Shown here: in pieces, positions 50,671 through 61,941 of the stretch
Layout of the letters: each line of letters begins with the position of its first letter
Numbering within the stretch: the stretch's first letter is position 1
From: Sulfolobales archaeon HS-7
Lineage (GTDB): Archaea > Thermoproteota > Thermoprotei_A > Sulfolobales > Sulfolobaceae
Length of the DNA stretch: 64,000 nucleotides
Assembly: GCA_019704295.1 (NCBI GenBank)
Contig: AP024596.1
Span: 1,472,001-1,536,000, forward strand
Direction of reading: 5' to 3'
Notes under the pieces: generated by a model
What the model was told of the DNA's origin: nothing
The model's input: the letters and a program-made list of their open reading frames with translations, nothing else
Databases searched by the model: none
Program-made: the position numbers and the translations under genes

Positions 50671-50986
50671 TTAGGTTAAGAAGCTTATCTGCTACCCAAC
50701 AGAACTCTAACATACTCAGGAAGTTAAGGCGGAAATTATGTTACATGAATTTCGTTGATGAGGACTCTAGGGCAAAAACTTTAGATATTCCTTATATTGT
50801 ATTACGAACATTTGATAGAATTAGACTAATTTGTCCCAACTGCAAGGTGCGGAAAAATACATAAAATAAAAAGGCCACTATAGGGAGGCTATCCCTCGGA
50901 AATCTACCTCAGCACTAGCTTAAGGGACCAAACGAAGTTGTGCCAGGAATTCAATAGTGAAAAAACTTCGTGACGTTTTCTTCGAA

Positions 50987-51805
50987 TTACGAAATTAGTA
51001 CTTCCCCGTTCTGAACAGATATACTCATGCTCGCCTTTCCTTTTCCCAGTATTCCCGAAAAGTATCCTTGAGAGTAAGTAACGTTATTAAAGGTAATTCC
51101 ATTCACATTGATTGAACCAAGAACGGTTGAAGCCTTTATCGAAATCGAAGATTGCCGATTTATATGAACAGTTATCTGACCGTTTGAAGACGATATGTAA
51201 TATTCCCCTGAAGTTATTGGCAGAACGTCGTTGAAATATATCTCCCCGTTGCTGGTTATTACACGCGCTACGCTTACGTTCTCTGGTGTAATGTAGATTT
51301 CCCCGTTAGACGAGGACAAGGACAAGTATTTTCCAGAGCTTACATTTGCGTATATAACTCCATTAGCTGCCGATACGGAAATCGCATCAAATGAGGAAAT
51401 TTCAATTCTCCCTACCATGTTAGTTAGGGATATTGAGAGGTTAAGGTAAAGATCTCTGGGTAAGTAAATCGTGAGGTTAACCCTTCTGATCAAAAACGAG
51501 GTCAACTGATTTAACAGCTCTATTTCAACGGCGGTATTATTCTGAACTACTTTCAATTCTGTAGTTGGTTTCACTATAAGGGATCTCACGCATTGCTGAA
51601 GGAGGATATAGCTTTTGTTCCACTGTAACACGTTAATTTCCCCGTTATATCCCCTAACGATAACCTCCTTTACATTGTGTGGACTTATTTTTTGATAAAG
51701 CGTGTACGATTCTCCTATGGAATGGGGAACAACGAATAAAACAACTGAGGAAATCAACACTGTCAATACGATAATAAGGATCCCTTTCATGTAATCCATT
51801 TTCAC
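50987..51805 (-). CDS. Membrane-anchored DUF4097-like beta-strand repeat protein
   Basis: N-terminal TM; repeated S(S/A)NGEI motifs. Confidence 0.8.
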   Translation of the reverse strand: MKMDYMKGILIIVLTVLISSVVLFVVPHSIGESYTLYQKISPHNVKEVIVRGYNGEINVLQWNKSYILLQQCVRSLIVKPTTELKVVQNNTAVEIELLNQLTSFLIRRVNLTIYLPRDLYLNLSISLTNMVGRIEISSFDAISVSAANGVIYANVSSGKYLSLSSSNGEIYITPENVSVARVITSNGEIYFNDVLPITSGEYYISSSNGQITVHINRQSSISIKASTVLGSINVNGITFNNVTYSQGYFSGILGKGKASMSISVQNGEVLIS

Positions 51806-52050
51806 TCCTCCAACTGCTTCTTGATTTCCTCTAGTTTGCTCTCAATAGAGGAAAGTTTGTTAACTATTTCGGTGTACTCTTCGGGACTCGTACGCATGCT
51901 TGTTAGAACCTTCCTCCACACCGGGATCGCTACGAGAAGAACTATGAAAGCGAAGAGAACTCCGGGGGCTCCACTGCGGATTATGGCAGCGGAGAGTATT
52001 AGCGCTATGGAAACCCAAACTACAACAGTGGATGCCAACATTTCATTCAT
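51802..52050 (-). CDS. Small 2-TM membrane protein with coiled-coil tail
   Basis: Overlaps both neighbours in an operon. Confidence 0.75.
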   Translation of the reverse strand: MNEMLASTVVVWVSIALILSAAIIRSGAPGVLFAFIVLLVAIPVWRKVLTSMRTSPEEYTEIVNKLSSIESKLEEIKKQLEE

Positions 52051-52351
52051 TACTTCTCCCCTCCATCAACCTCACTACCTCCTCTGGTGACACGCTTATT
52101 GAGAACTCCACTAACTCGTAGTACCTCAACGCCTTTGCTACGTCCTGAGAGACCACTATCCTCGACTTCACTATTCCCGCCTTCTGAAGCTTTATGAGAT
52201 GAACCTTCGCTAAAGCCCTGCTTATACCCGCCTTTTTCGCCAAATCCGACAGGTATAAAGGCCCATCTCTCTTTAGGATTCCTACTAGTTTCAACCTTAA
52301 AGGGTGACCTAAGGCCTCTAGCTGTACCGCTAATCCCTCTAATTCGTCCAT
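52043..52351 (-). CDS. ArsR-family transcriptional regulator
   Basis: LEALGHPLRLKLV...LSDLAKKAGISRALAKVHLIKLQKAGIV. Confidence 0.9.
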   Translation of the reverse strand: MDELEGLAVQLEALGHPLRLKLVGILKRDGPLYLSDLAKKAGISRALAKVHLIKLQKAGIVKSRIVVSQDVAKALRYYELVEFSISVSPEEVVRLMEGRSNE

Positions 52352-52363
52352 CCATTTTCATCA

Positions 52364-52417
52364 TGTAATAAAATGATTACACATTATTAAAGCTTTTCAT
52401 GTATGAAAGTAATTACA
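52364..52417. promoter_or_regulatory. Two imperfect palindromes upstream of the ArsR operon (putative operator)
   Basis: TGTAAT-AAAATG-ATTACA and TGTATG-AAAGTA-ATTACA flanking a TATA-like sequence. Confidence 0.5.
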
Positions 52418-53036
52418 TCTTATGTGCCACTATGCTTTTGAATGAGACTTAATTTTACAACACTCGCGTAAATTGCTGAAATCTCCTTAGCAGGGGGGAA
52501 TACTCTCTACCTAGAAACATGGGAAATTTTTGAAAAACCTACATTTAGGTTGAGAGAAATTAGCATATCCCATTTAATGCCTTGTGACAAGCATACAATT
52601 ATGAGAATTGAAGATAAGGGCCAGTGGGGAGGGGTACCTAACCATTTAGAGTAGGAAGAGTTAGATGAGTTCTAAAAACTGGTTAAAAAGAAGAGTCAAG
52701 AAAAGCTACCGATAAACCCTCTTATGACGCCCAATCTCTCAAATACAGTTTTTTTAGTTAACACTATATAATATTCTTGTATCACCAGTAACTTCTAAGG
52801 AAAAAACGGGTTTCTGCACATGTCATTTCTTAACTTTTCTCCAACAACTCTAAACCAAATGAACCACTTTATCGGAAAACTCATTTCCCTCTTGCAAAAA
52901 AGATTTCCCTTTGTTCTAAAAATTGTCTGTCCTAGTGAAATTGCCTCACGTTATTGATTTTTAGTACAAATGCGACCTTGATCGTGGAGCTGGGTGGTAA
53001 ATCAATTACGTCTCCACTATTCCTAAATCCTGGGTT

Positions 53037-53570
53037 TCAAACTAAACCGCTTGTGAGTATCACAAACCCCACAGTGTAAAGTATGAATATTGCTACTGCT
53101 CTCATGTATTTTTCAGGAATTGAGTAAAATACCGCAAAGGAGAGACATAAAACGCTTAGAAAGCCGAGCAATCCCCCTAACACTGCGTAAATAAGAGCGT
53201 TAGTCATGAAGTACGCCGATATAATGAACATGTTGACTTCCACCCCCTCTGCCATTACTCCCAGTGCTGCGGTTATGAAGGAACCCTTTGGTGACGGGTA
53301 GTCCGAGAAGATGAAAAAAGTACCCATTCCTATGAAGAGGATACCGAGTAACATCTTGAGGTTGTGTTCCGCCGTATCCGTAATCAGTAACGGAAGAGCG
53401 TAATATACTCCCACACTCATCAGGAGCACTCCTGCTATTCCTGTCATCGTACCAAATGTTCCAGCTCTCTTATTTCCCCTCCTCCCCATGTAGGAGAACA
53501 TGGACATTTCCAATCCTTCGAAAACGCAGGGAAAAAAAGCCGTCAGAAAGGCGACTTCAGTGGGAAGCAC
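53037..53570 (-). CDS. Multi-pass membrane protein (COG4280-like)
   Basis: Six hydrophobic segments; internal duplication FEGLE / AEGVE; overlaps the phosphoesterase gene. Confidence 0.7.
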   Translation of the reverse strand: MLPTEVAFLTAFFPCVFEGLEMSMFSYMGRRGNKRAGTFGTMTGIAGVLLMSVGVYYALPLLITDTAEHNLKMLLGILFIGMGTFFIFSDYPSPKGSFITAALGVMAEGVEVNMFIISAYFMTNALIYAVLGGLLGFLSVLCLSFAVFYSIPEKYMRAVAIFILYTVGFVILTSGLV

Positions 53571-55098
53571 GTATTTTTCCCCTAGCTAGAAGGGCACCAG
53601 ATCCCAGAAATCCTATCATTGATACCGTCATGTAATACTGAGAAACGAATTGATATATGTTGTTCGATTCGTATACGAAACCTGACAGGGCTAGCGTTAC
53701 GACCATTACTATGAAGGCATAGACCCTGAGGAACTTCTTCTTTACCGACGCAATTACCAGTCCAATCCCCACTACATTTAGAGGTAGCAGAAAACTAGTC
53801 TCCGGGATGGGGTAAACTGAGGAGTAACCCGAATGAGAGTTCACTGTAGCCACGTAGCCGTAGTGAACGGGGTACTGCAGAGGTACCGGATAGGACCAGT
53901 TCTCAGGTGATAGGATGATCGGTGCTCTAATTCGGGAGAAATTAAAGCTCTCCATTAAACCGTTAACTCCCTGTGCTGAGAGAGGAGTGATGTAAGGTAG
54001 ATTGAACACTTTATCAACGAATCCAAGAAGAGTATACCCCGACATAGTGTAGTTATTTACGTAAGCCTCCTTAGAGTAGGGAGATATAATGAGGAGAGGT
54101 ATTCTCTGCCCCAACCCGTAGTGATTTTCAGCGGGAGGTATTATCTGATCGTAGTAACCTCCACCCTCATCAAAGGTTATGAAGATTACGGAGGAGTTCC
54201 AGTATTTACTCTCCATAACCGCGTTTATAACTCGCGCTAATTGTACTTCCCCCTTAACCATATTATAAGGAGGATGCATGTCGTACTGGTCATTGTTACA
54301 CCCTAAAAACATCACCCAGGAAACAGCGGGTAGTGAACCGTTCTTAAGAGAGGAAATGAATTGTGATATCCCGAAGAAGTGGTCCTTATACGTCGAGATA
54401 CCGTTAAACGCGTTTAAAGGCCACGGTATTCCGCCTTGGTAGTCGTATGTGTAGTATCCCCAGCTTACATTGTTTTGAGTTAGCTGATACATGATGCTTT
54501 CATTAAGGGGACATACCCCGCTTGCCTCATCTGTGTAAAACGAGGGGGGTTGACCTGTTAGGTATGCGATTCTGTTTGGTTCGGTTAACCCCATTACCGG
54601 AGCATAGTAGTTGTCAGCCAATACGTATTCCTCAGCGTAATCCCAGAGGAGGCCCACCTGTTGATATGAAAAGTAGGCCATTGTCTGAGGTCCGGAATAG
54701 TATACGAAACCATCCGCAGTATCAAACCAGTAGTCACCGTGGTAGGAATTCCATCCCTCATAGGGATCTACCGTGGAATTGGCGTCAGCGTAATAAGGAT
54801 GATAAACGCCTAGCTCAGGCAACCAGGGTACGTTGGGAACGGATATATAACTTAACTCCCCGTTTGAGTCCTCAAGCTGGGATAGATTATAGTACAATCC
54901 GACAGGCCTCATCACAGACAGTGTTATGTTGTTGACAATTGGTTTCCATCCAAAAGGATAAGTCCCAAAAATGTTATCGAATGAATGGTTTTCCTCTATG
55001 ATAATGATTACGTGCTTTATAGGAAAGGACGCCTGAGAATTAATTACGGGAATAACCGAAATAATTATCAAAATTCCCAACAGAAACCATCTAATCAT
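53557..55098 (-). CDS. Phosphoesterase family (acid phosphatase/phospholipase C), secreted with C-terminal TMs
   Basis: IKHVIIIIEENHSFDNIFG, LADNYY, PNR, DMHP, TFDEGGGYYD, GQRIPLLIISPY. Confidence 0.92.
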   Translation of the reverse strand: MIRWFLLGILIIISVIPVINSQASFPIKHVIIIIEENHSFDNIFGTYPFGWKPIVNNITLSVMRPVGLYYNLSQLEDSNGELSYISVPNVPWLPELGVYHPYYADANSTVDPYEGWNSYHGDYWFDTADGFVYYSGPQTMAYFSYQQVGLLWDYAEEYVLADNYYAPVMGLTEPNRIAYLTGQPPSFYTDEASGVCPLNESIMYQLTQNNVSWGYYTYDYQGGIPWPLNAFNGISTYKDHFFGISQFISSLKNGSLPAVSWVMFLGCNNDQYDMHPPYNMVKGEVQLARVINAVMESKYWNSSVIFITFDEGGGYYDQIIPPAENHYGLGQRIPLLIISPYSKEAYVNNYTMSGYTLLGFVDKVFNLPYITPLSAQGVNGLMESFNFSRIRAPIILSPENWSYPVPLQYPVHYGYVATVNSHSGYSSVYPIPETSFLLPLNVVGIGLVIASVKKKFLRVYAFIVMVVTLALSGFVYESNNIYQFVSQYYMTVSMIGFLGSGALLARGKIRASH

Positions 55099-55596
55099 AA
55101 TGAAATTAATGGGTAAAGGTTATTAAATTCTTGTTTCGCTTTTATTTACCCGATTAGCTATATATTCTATATAATTTCGTAAAGCAAAGTTAGGAAAGTG
55201 TCGGCATAGCAACGAACAATCTATCTTTACAAGCCTTAATAGGATTAGCGGTTGTTCTAATTTTCCTCGTTAATAGCTTATTCTCAGTATTATCAAGAAA
55301 TCTTTTTTGATACCTCTTTGAGTGAAAAAGTGCGGTGCATTTCCCTATAATTGTTAAAATACTTTTATGAAATACCCTTAATTTGATGAAAATATTTAGG
55401 ATACGTTAAAGTAGAATAGCTACTTTTAGGACCTTAAAAGGGAATTAAGTCCTTTTTTACAGGAAACCACAATAATCCCAAATGCTTGGGGAGATACTAG
55501 AGTAAAACGCAAGAAAGTTTTAAAGAGTAAAATTATGCCTAAACGCAATTTTTCCCAAAAACAGAGTAATAAACACCTATTAATTAGTCCACTTCT

Positions 55597-56439
55597 TTAG
55601 AACTTTACCTCCTTGTTATTGACCATGGCGATAGCGCCCTTCTTCTTTAGGTAATTGACTATGTCCAATTTTTTTGCATAGGCAGCGTAAGCTAATGGTG
55701 TGTTTCCAAAGCTATCAACAGCATTGATATCCGCACCTTCATCAACTAGGTATTTCGTTGTTTCAAGGTTAGCCTCCACCGCTCGAAACAGCGGCGTCCT
55801 CTTGTGGCATCCGATTATATTCGGTTCGTGGTATATGTCCATAAGGAACTTTAGAAAACGCACTTGCCCTGCGGCGGCTGCGGTGTGATATGGGGTAATT
55901 AAATTCTCTCCACTTTGATCCACTCTCGCGCCGTATTGAATGAGGATCTTAGCCGTCTCAATATCGCCACTTACACCAGTTATCGCCAGAACGTTCATGA
56001 CGCAATTTCTCTGTTCTTTACTAGTTATGATAATTCCAATGTCGGCCCCAGCGTCCAGGATTAGCTTGACCAGTTTAGGATCTCTCCTCAATGTGGCTAA
56101 CGCCAGAGGGTGAGGAGAATTCCCCGTTAAATTAACGTTTGCCCCATGTTTAATTAGAGCGTTGATCAATAAGTAGTTAATCTGCTTTGAACTTAGTGCG
56201 AGTTGTAAAGGCGTATACATCAACTGTGATTTACCAGTGGGTTCGCTTATGACGTCGGGATTTGCCCCATATTCAAGCAACGTTTCAACGATAGGAAGAT
56301 TATTTTGCTCAACCGCTACATGTAAAGGGGTGACTCCATTCCTCTTAGAGTTCACATCTATACCCCTCATTAAGAAATCCTTTACTTTAACTACGTCGTT
56401 CCTCCGTATACTCTCAAAGAATTCATCAATATCTGACAT
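55597..56439 (-). CDS. Ankyrin repeat protein
   Basis: GVTPLHVA, YTPLQLA, TPYHTA, RTPLFRA, GNTPLAYA; GADIN/GANVN loops. Confidence 0.93.
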   Translation of the reverse strand: MSDIDEFFESIRRNDVVKVKDFLMRGIDVNSKRNGVTPLHVAVEQNNLPIVETLLEYGANPDVISEPTGKSQLMYTPLQLALSSKQINYLLINALIKHGANVNLTGNSPHPLALATLRRDPKLVKLILDAGADIGIIITSKEQRNCVMNVLAITGVSGDIETAKILIQYGARVDQSGENLITPYHTAAAAGQVRFLKFLMDIYHEPNIIGCHKRTPLFRAVEANLETTKYLVDEGADINAVDSFGNTPLAYAAYAKKLDIVNYLKKKGAIAMVNNKEVKF

Positions 56440-56527
56440 AAGTAATGCTTATAAACTGCTGTTTTTAAAACTGTCTCAACATTTACTGATAAAGGAACCA
56501 ATGCGGAACAAATACAATCCCTCGAGA

Positions 56528-57937
56528 GAGTGTCCTGAACACAGATAATTGAATAAAATGTATGTATAAGTTGGCTGAGTATCTTTCAAAAGAGAAGATG
56601 ATCCAGTGAGAAATCTTGAATTTTCTCTCAACCTCAAAAGTTGCGTAATACTCATAGGAAATGGGGACATTCTAATACCGATGGACGAGATACCTTAGAT
56701 ACAATACTACAACGGTTGGATTTACTATGAGTACTTGTATTCAAGGCATAAGACTCTTTTAAAAAGGAACTAGATGTTGGTCGCGTCATAAGCGTTGTCG
56801 CATCTAAATGATGTCTTGACGTTGAGGGCGTTAATAGTCATGATCATGTGGAGATGTTCCTATAGGGACGTGTGAAGCCTTTACATGACGACCGTGGTGG
56901 TAAGGAGTTTCCTAGGACGAGTCCAGTTGAGTTCCACAAGAGGGCTAGGGTGATAAGGGAAGTATTCAAGGTATTCAAGAAACCATTAGAGGAATTAGAG
57001 TGGAGGTTGAGCTTACTAGCCGGCTACATACCAAATGCGTTGCATGGGAGGGTTTGGAAGCACTGCATGGACTCCTTCATGATCGAAGGTCCCTTCGGAA
57101 AAGGCTAAGGTTAGTTCTGCAGATCTCTTTTCTCCCGTGAGGTGTAACGTGATGAGCTAATTCGCGGCTAGAGGGAAACAAAAGCCCTCTTAGTTCCTTA
57201 AAGAGTTCATCAACAAGGCTTTACAGCACGTCAGCCTGAGTTACGTTGTTGCCGACGCTAGATTCCTCAACCTCGAGATCCTCAAGGAGTTACCCGCTAA
57301 AACCGTGATCAGACCAAAGAGCAACTTGAGGGGAGTCAAGGCACTCTTTGCCTAGCCCCTTAGCGTGAAATATTATGTGGTTAAGGACAGAGCTTACGTT
57401 GCCTATAGGGAGATAGAGTACAATTGACTCTGCTACTGCGACGTGATTTACGTGAAGAGAAACCAACGTCCTTCGTTTTCGCGTTCCACATTACGGAGGA
57501 TCGTTATCGCTTGGATAAGACCTAGAGGTTGAGGTGTAAAGGAGGGCTTGAAGACCAGGAAGGCGAGGATTCAACTCATCGGGAGGTTGAGGAACAGAAA
57601 CTTCCTCTACCTGATCTAGCGATCCTCGACACTTCCCGGAACTTGTACCTCTTCATCTCGTTTAGCTTCAAGGCACAGGAAAGAAGCCCCTACAGTTTGA
57701 CAAGTTCGTCAATCTCTTCTAGGCGTTTTCAGATTAAAGGCGGATTATGTACCTCGTTTTGAACTCTTGAGATAAATTCAAAACTTCTAGTATTCATTGA
57801 AGTTAACTTGTAAAATATACCAGATTATCACTAAATATGTCCTGTTATCCTATATTTGAGTTAAATTAACCCTACATTTTCACATACAGATTACTCTAAT
57901 AATATCTTACAATCATGAGATTTTTTGGCGAAACGAG
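56528..57937 (+). mobile_element. Degenerate IS remnant(s) with DDE transposase fragments
   Basis: Fragments ELEWRLSLLAGYIPNALHG..DSFMIE and LSYVVADARFLNLEILKELPAKTVIRPKSNL interrupted by stops and frameshifts. Boundaries and family uncertain. Confidence 0.6.
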
Positions 57938-58039
57938 ATGGAGAGACTAAACCGTTCATTGCTAGAATTAACGGACTTGTTTAGAAGTTAAGGGCTTATA
58001 CTAGTAAGGTATATATATTAGTGATTTTTATCTTCTACT

Positions 58040-58264
58040 ATGAAGGTGAAAGTTACTAGGAACTTTCAGATTACCATACCCTCCGAGATAAGAGAAAAGT
58101 CAGGGATAAAGGAGGGGGATTACGTCGAAATAACTTTGGACGAAACTGGAACTATACTAGTCAGACCGTATAAAAGGAAGTGGACTACAATGAGGTTGAA
58201 TAGAAGGGTGAGTCAAGGGGATATAGATAAGGCAGTTGAGGAAGCGCTAAATGATAATAGTTGA
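58040..58264 (+). CDS. vapB: AbrB/SpoVT-type VapB antitoxin
   Basis: MKVKVTRNFQITIPSEIREKSGIKEGDYV. Confidence 0.92.
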   Translation: MKVKVTRNFQITIPSEIREKSGIKEGDYVEITLDETGTILVRPYKRKWTTMRLNRRVSQGDIDKAVEEALNDNS

Positions 58265-58640
58265 TACAAACGTATTAGTTTACTCGACTTTTGAAGATTC
58301 CGAAAACCACACCAGAGCTTTGGATATAATACAGAGAGAGGACGTTAAAATCCCTCAGATAGTGGTTTATGAGTTTTTATGGGTTTTGGCAAAGGTTACG
58401 TCGAATGTTTCCGTGATAAACACTAAGGTTGAGGAGTTAAGGGAGTTTGAAATTATATGCGAGGGGCCGGAAACTGTGCTTGTCGGGGTAAAGATGTTGA
58501 AGGAAGACAGGAAACCTCTGAGAATGCTTAACGATTACGTTATTCTCGCACTAGCTAAGGGGGTGAAAGGGGATTTGGCGACATACGACGAGAAGTTAAG
58601 GAAAATTGCTAAAAAACGCGGTGTAAGAGTAATTCCTTAA
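58251..58640 (+). CDS. vapC: VapC PIN-domain toxin
   Basis: IIVDTNVLVY, VVYE, LNDYVILALA, LATYD. Confidence 0.92.
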   Translation: MIIVDTNVLVYSTFEDSENHTRALDIIQREDVKIPQIVVYEFLWVLAKVTSNVSVINTKVEELREFEIICEGPETVLVGVKMLKEDRKPLRMLNDYVILALAKGVKGDLATYDEKLRKIAKKRGVRVIP

Positions 58641-58805
58641 GTTTTGAGCCCAGTTATTGCTGAACCCTTTTCGGTGTTGATAGGTCTTTCCGTTAAAATT
58701 TGATATTATTTACGGCGTTGTCAACAGTTTCCCTAGACCGTAAAGTTTATGTTATTTCCGTGAATCTTATGCAATCCTAAGACCTAAAGAAGTTGACAGC
58801 GTTTA

Positions 58806-59200
58806 GGGGCTGTTCACGCGTTCATTGCAAATTAACTTTATTTTATCAGTTGGAAATTAACTAATTCATTGTAGATTGGTAATATCAAATAGGAGACGAG
58901 CCGGAGATAATACCATGGAACAACCTGAATTACCAAGTATCACCGAGTGTAGTATTACCTTTTAGTTAATCCACCTTCCGCAGAACACGTTATCAAACAA
59001 ATCGGTCGAGGAGAAGAAAAGCCCTTGAGGAGGAGATAAGTCTAAAGTAGGGAAGAGGGGGTTAAGAGGAAAGGACACTCTAGTTTCCGCTTCCTCAAGG
59101 GCATCGTGCTGTTAACGGAGAATAGAGGAAGATCTACAACGTTTTACGTTAGCGTGAAATTACCCGTCTTGTGCAAGGATGATAAGAGGGTGAAAACCCG
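58806..59200 (+). mobile_element. Degenerate left end of an IS (probably ISH3-like), sharing its terminus with the MITE family
   Basis: Starts GGGGCTGTTCACGCGTTCATTGCAAATT; a diverged copy of the first ~120 nt lies near 7345. Decayed transposase N-terminal fragments (DTLVSA, ENRGR/YNV). Confidence 0.5.
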
Positions 59201-59793
59201 CGTGGAGGAGGAAATAGAGAGTCATTCCTCACTTTCTTTTCATATTCGTGACAATGTTCAATCTGCAATAAATGTTATTTACTTTTAAAACTGAATTTCA
59301 ATATATATGAATAACCTACCCCACACTACTCAATTAGAACAATAACAGAAGGAGATCCAGAGTGATTAAACTTCTTTGCTAATTTCCTATGATTAAATTA
59401 TCCGGCAACATTCTCAGTAAACTTCGAACTCGTTACGTTGAAAACCCAATTTTTAGCTCTGATCATTAAAAGATATATAGTTAGTTACGACTAATTATAT
59501 TAACTAATTTTATATTATGTCTTCTTATCTTATTAAACGAATTTAATTCTGGAGAGACGTATTTCATAACTTTTTACTTCATCAAGTCGTTCATGTTAAT
59601 TACGTATTATTCCGGTAACACATAAGAGAAGTAATATGCTCGTTACAAGCCTATCCCTCCCTTTTCTCCCCAATAGTGTAGATATTATTAAGGAAAATTA
59701 TTTTGCATTGACTGTAAAGTGGTGCACACGTAGTCTATCTCTTTACAAAAAAGGAAAGATAGGTTAATATATGGCACAGTTTAAAAAAAGAGT

Positions 59794-60522
59794 ATGAGAT
59801 GCGTTTATTGCGACCATGCACTACCGAATGATGCAGCTAGTTACGCATCGAGCAGATGTGATTTCTGCGGCAACCCTAATAACTGGGGTAACGTCTTTCT
59901 TCATTTTAGAATTAGAAACTTAATTAAGAACTGCGAGAAACAATATTATGCGGGAATAGGATATCGTCCGTTGTGTTTAATAAGTACTGCGTTAGATTTC
60001 ACCGATAAGGGAGTAATAAACTTCAAGCCCCAAGTAAGTTCGTTTTACGAAGCGTTAATTAGATGCAGTCGTTCTGGTTTTTTTGAGGTTACGTGGCATT
60101 GCGATGAGCTCTTCAGGGAGGACATTATCATAGAGAAAATGGGAGTTTACGTGAACATTCCGGAATCGTACAGAAAAAGACATAATAATAATAGAGTGGC
60201 GTTCATTAATAGTCGTGGTGTACATATTTATGATGAGGATAATGTTACAGTAGAATTAGTTAAGGAATTAGTTAAGGGAGAATTGAGCGGAGGGAAAAAG
60301 GAGGACGATAGAAACCTATACAGCGAATTTGCAATGACTCCGTATGATAAGGTGAGGCAGATAATGATAAGGTCCCATGATACCTTTACCTATGTAGAAT
60401 TCTCGACGAAGTCCACATCTCCCGTAAGAAGATTATCTGGGGCGCTACCCAATATTCCAACTGACAGGGTTATTGAGCTGTTTAGGGGAACGCCGGCAGA
60501 GAACCTAATAAAGGTAAAATAA
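59794..60522 (+). CDS. Hypothetical protein with N-terminal Zn-ribbon (CxxC-x14-CxxC), paralogue 1
   Basis: MRCVYCDH...RCDFCGN; clearly homologous to 60890..61591. Confidence 0.85.
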   Translation: MRCVYCDHALPNDAASYASSRCDFCGNPNNWGNVFLHFRIRNLIKNCEKQYYAGIGYRPLCLISTALDFTDKGVINFKPQVSSFYEALIRCSRSGFFEVTWHCDELFREDIIIEKMGVYVNIPESYRKRHNNNRVAFINSRGVHIYDEDNVTVELVKELVKGELSGGKKEDDRNLYSEFAMTPYDKVRQIMIRSHDTFTYVEFSTKSTSPVRRLSGALPNIPTDRVIELFRGTPAENLIKVK

Positions 60523-60661
60523 GCTGGCTTTTCCGAACTCTATCCAGGGACTCATAGAGTTTTCCGATCTCCTCTCATATTCCCAGACTTCTTATGACAC
60601 CATTTAACTTATTTCTCATGGCGTTACTCCTTCCCTTGTAAATAGTAGTATTACGTAATGT

Positions 60662-60823
60662 GAGCTATTCGGATTTCCATTGCGAATTGTGATTATTGTA
60701 AAGCGGCATTAGATTGAGGAAATTGTTAAACGCCAATCTCTACCTATTTCACACGATTATATTCAATTAAATTTATCTAATTTTTTAATAAACTGAATTC
60801 ACAATGAATACGTAAACGGCCCC
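60662..60823. mobile_element. MITE copy, inverted relative to 6249-6409
   Basis: The reverse complement aligns along the whole of 6249-6409, including both termini. Confidence 0.65.
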
Positions 60824-60889
60824 CTCTAACTTCCAACAATATAGATAAGGAAAGAAAAATTAATATATAGTATACTCTAAAGGAACTTT

Positions 60890-61591
60890 ATGAGGTGTGC
60901 TTATTGCGATCACGTATTACCAAATGACGTAGCTACTTACGGTTCTGGTAGATGTAACTTCTGCGGTAACGTAAGCAATTGGGGTAACGCCTTACTTTAT
61001 TTGAGAATCAGGAACATAGTGAGAGGATGCGATTGGCGACATCGCGTAACTCGAAGACATTATCACCCCAAGTGCATAATGAGTACCGCGTTAGATTTCA
61101 CTGATGTGGGAGTTATAAACTTCAAGCCTCAAATAAGCTCTTTCTACGAGGTATTAGTAAGATGTGCCCGCAGAGGTCTTTTCCACGTTAAGTATTATTG
61201 TGATGAGCTCTTCAGGGAGGACATCATCATAGAGAAAATGGGAGTTTACGTGAACATTCCGGAATCGCATAAAACCACTCATGATAATACCAGGGTAGCC
61301 CTTATTGATAGGAGGGGGATACACATATATGACGGGACCATTTCTTTGATAATGGCACCAATCATAGGAGGGAAGAAGGAGGACGAAAAAAGTCTGTATA
61401 GTGAATTCATGATGATTCCATATAGTCATATAAAGCGAATATTAATTCAGGCCCATGATACCTTTACCGCAATATCGGTTTTAGCTACGTCTGGTTCTCC
61501 TGTAAATGGCTCGCTACCCAATATATCCGTCAATAGGATTATTGAGCTGTTTAGGGAGACGCCGGCAGAGAGCCTTGTTAAGGTAGTGTAA
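60890..61591 (+). CDS. Hypothetical protein with N-terminal Zn-ribbon, paralogue 2
   Basis: MRCAYCDH...RCNFCGN; shares STALDFTD, FKPQ and CDELFREDIIIEKMGVYVNIPES with paralogue 1. Confidence 0.85.
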   Translation: MRCAYCDHVLPNDVATYGSGRCNFCGNVSNWGNALLYLRIRNIVRGCDWRHRVTRRHYHPKCIMSTALDFTDVGVINFKPQISSFYEVLVRCARRGLFHVKYYCDELFREDIIIEKMGVYVNIPESHKTTHDNTRVALIDRRGIHIYDGTISLIMAPIIGGKKEDEKSLYSEFMMIPYSHIKRILIQAHDTFTAISVLATSGSPVNGSLPNISVNRIIELFRETPAESLVKVV

Positions 61592-61941
61592 GTTGCCTTT
61601 TAGCAATGCGGTAAATAACTTCGAGAGTTCTCTCAATTCTTGGTTGTTGGTTCAGTTAAATTCTTCCCATTCTCAACTTTCTACGCTCATGTACAGTATT
61701 TATACCATTTCACGAAAATCTTTCCTCTTTTCGCTAACCAGGACTACCTAGTATTACACTATATCCCTCACATTGCTATACACTCATTCCTAGCTTCACT
61801 AAGGCGAAGTTTTAAAAAATTGAGGACTATTTTCCCATCTCGTATCACTAACGATTGTCATCATTGATTTCAAGGGTAAGTTTCTCCTCAAGATTCATAG
61901 TACGAGTGATACATTCCTTTCTCTCCACGATGAGGAAATAG

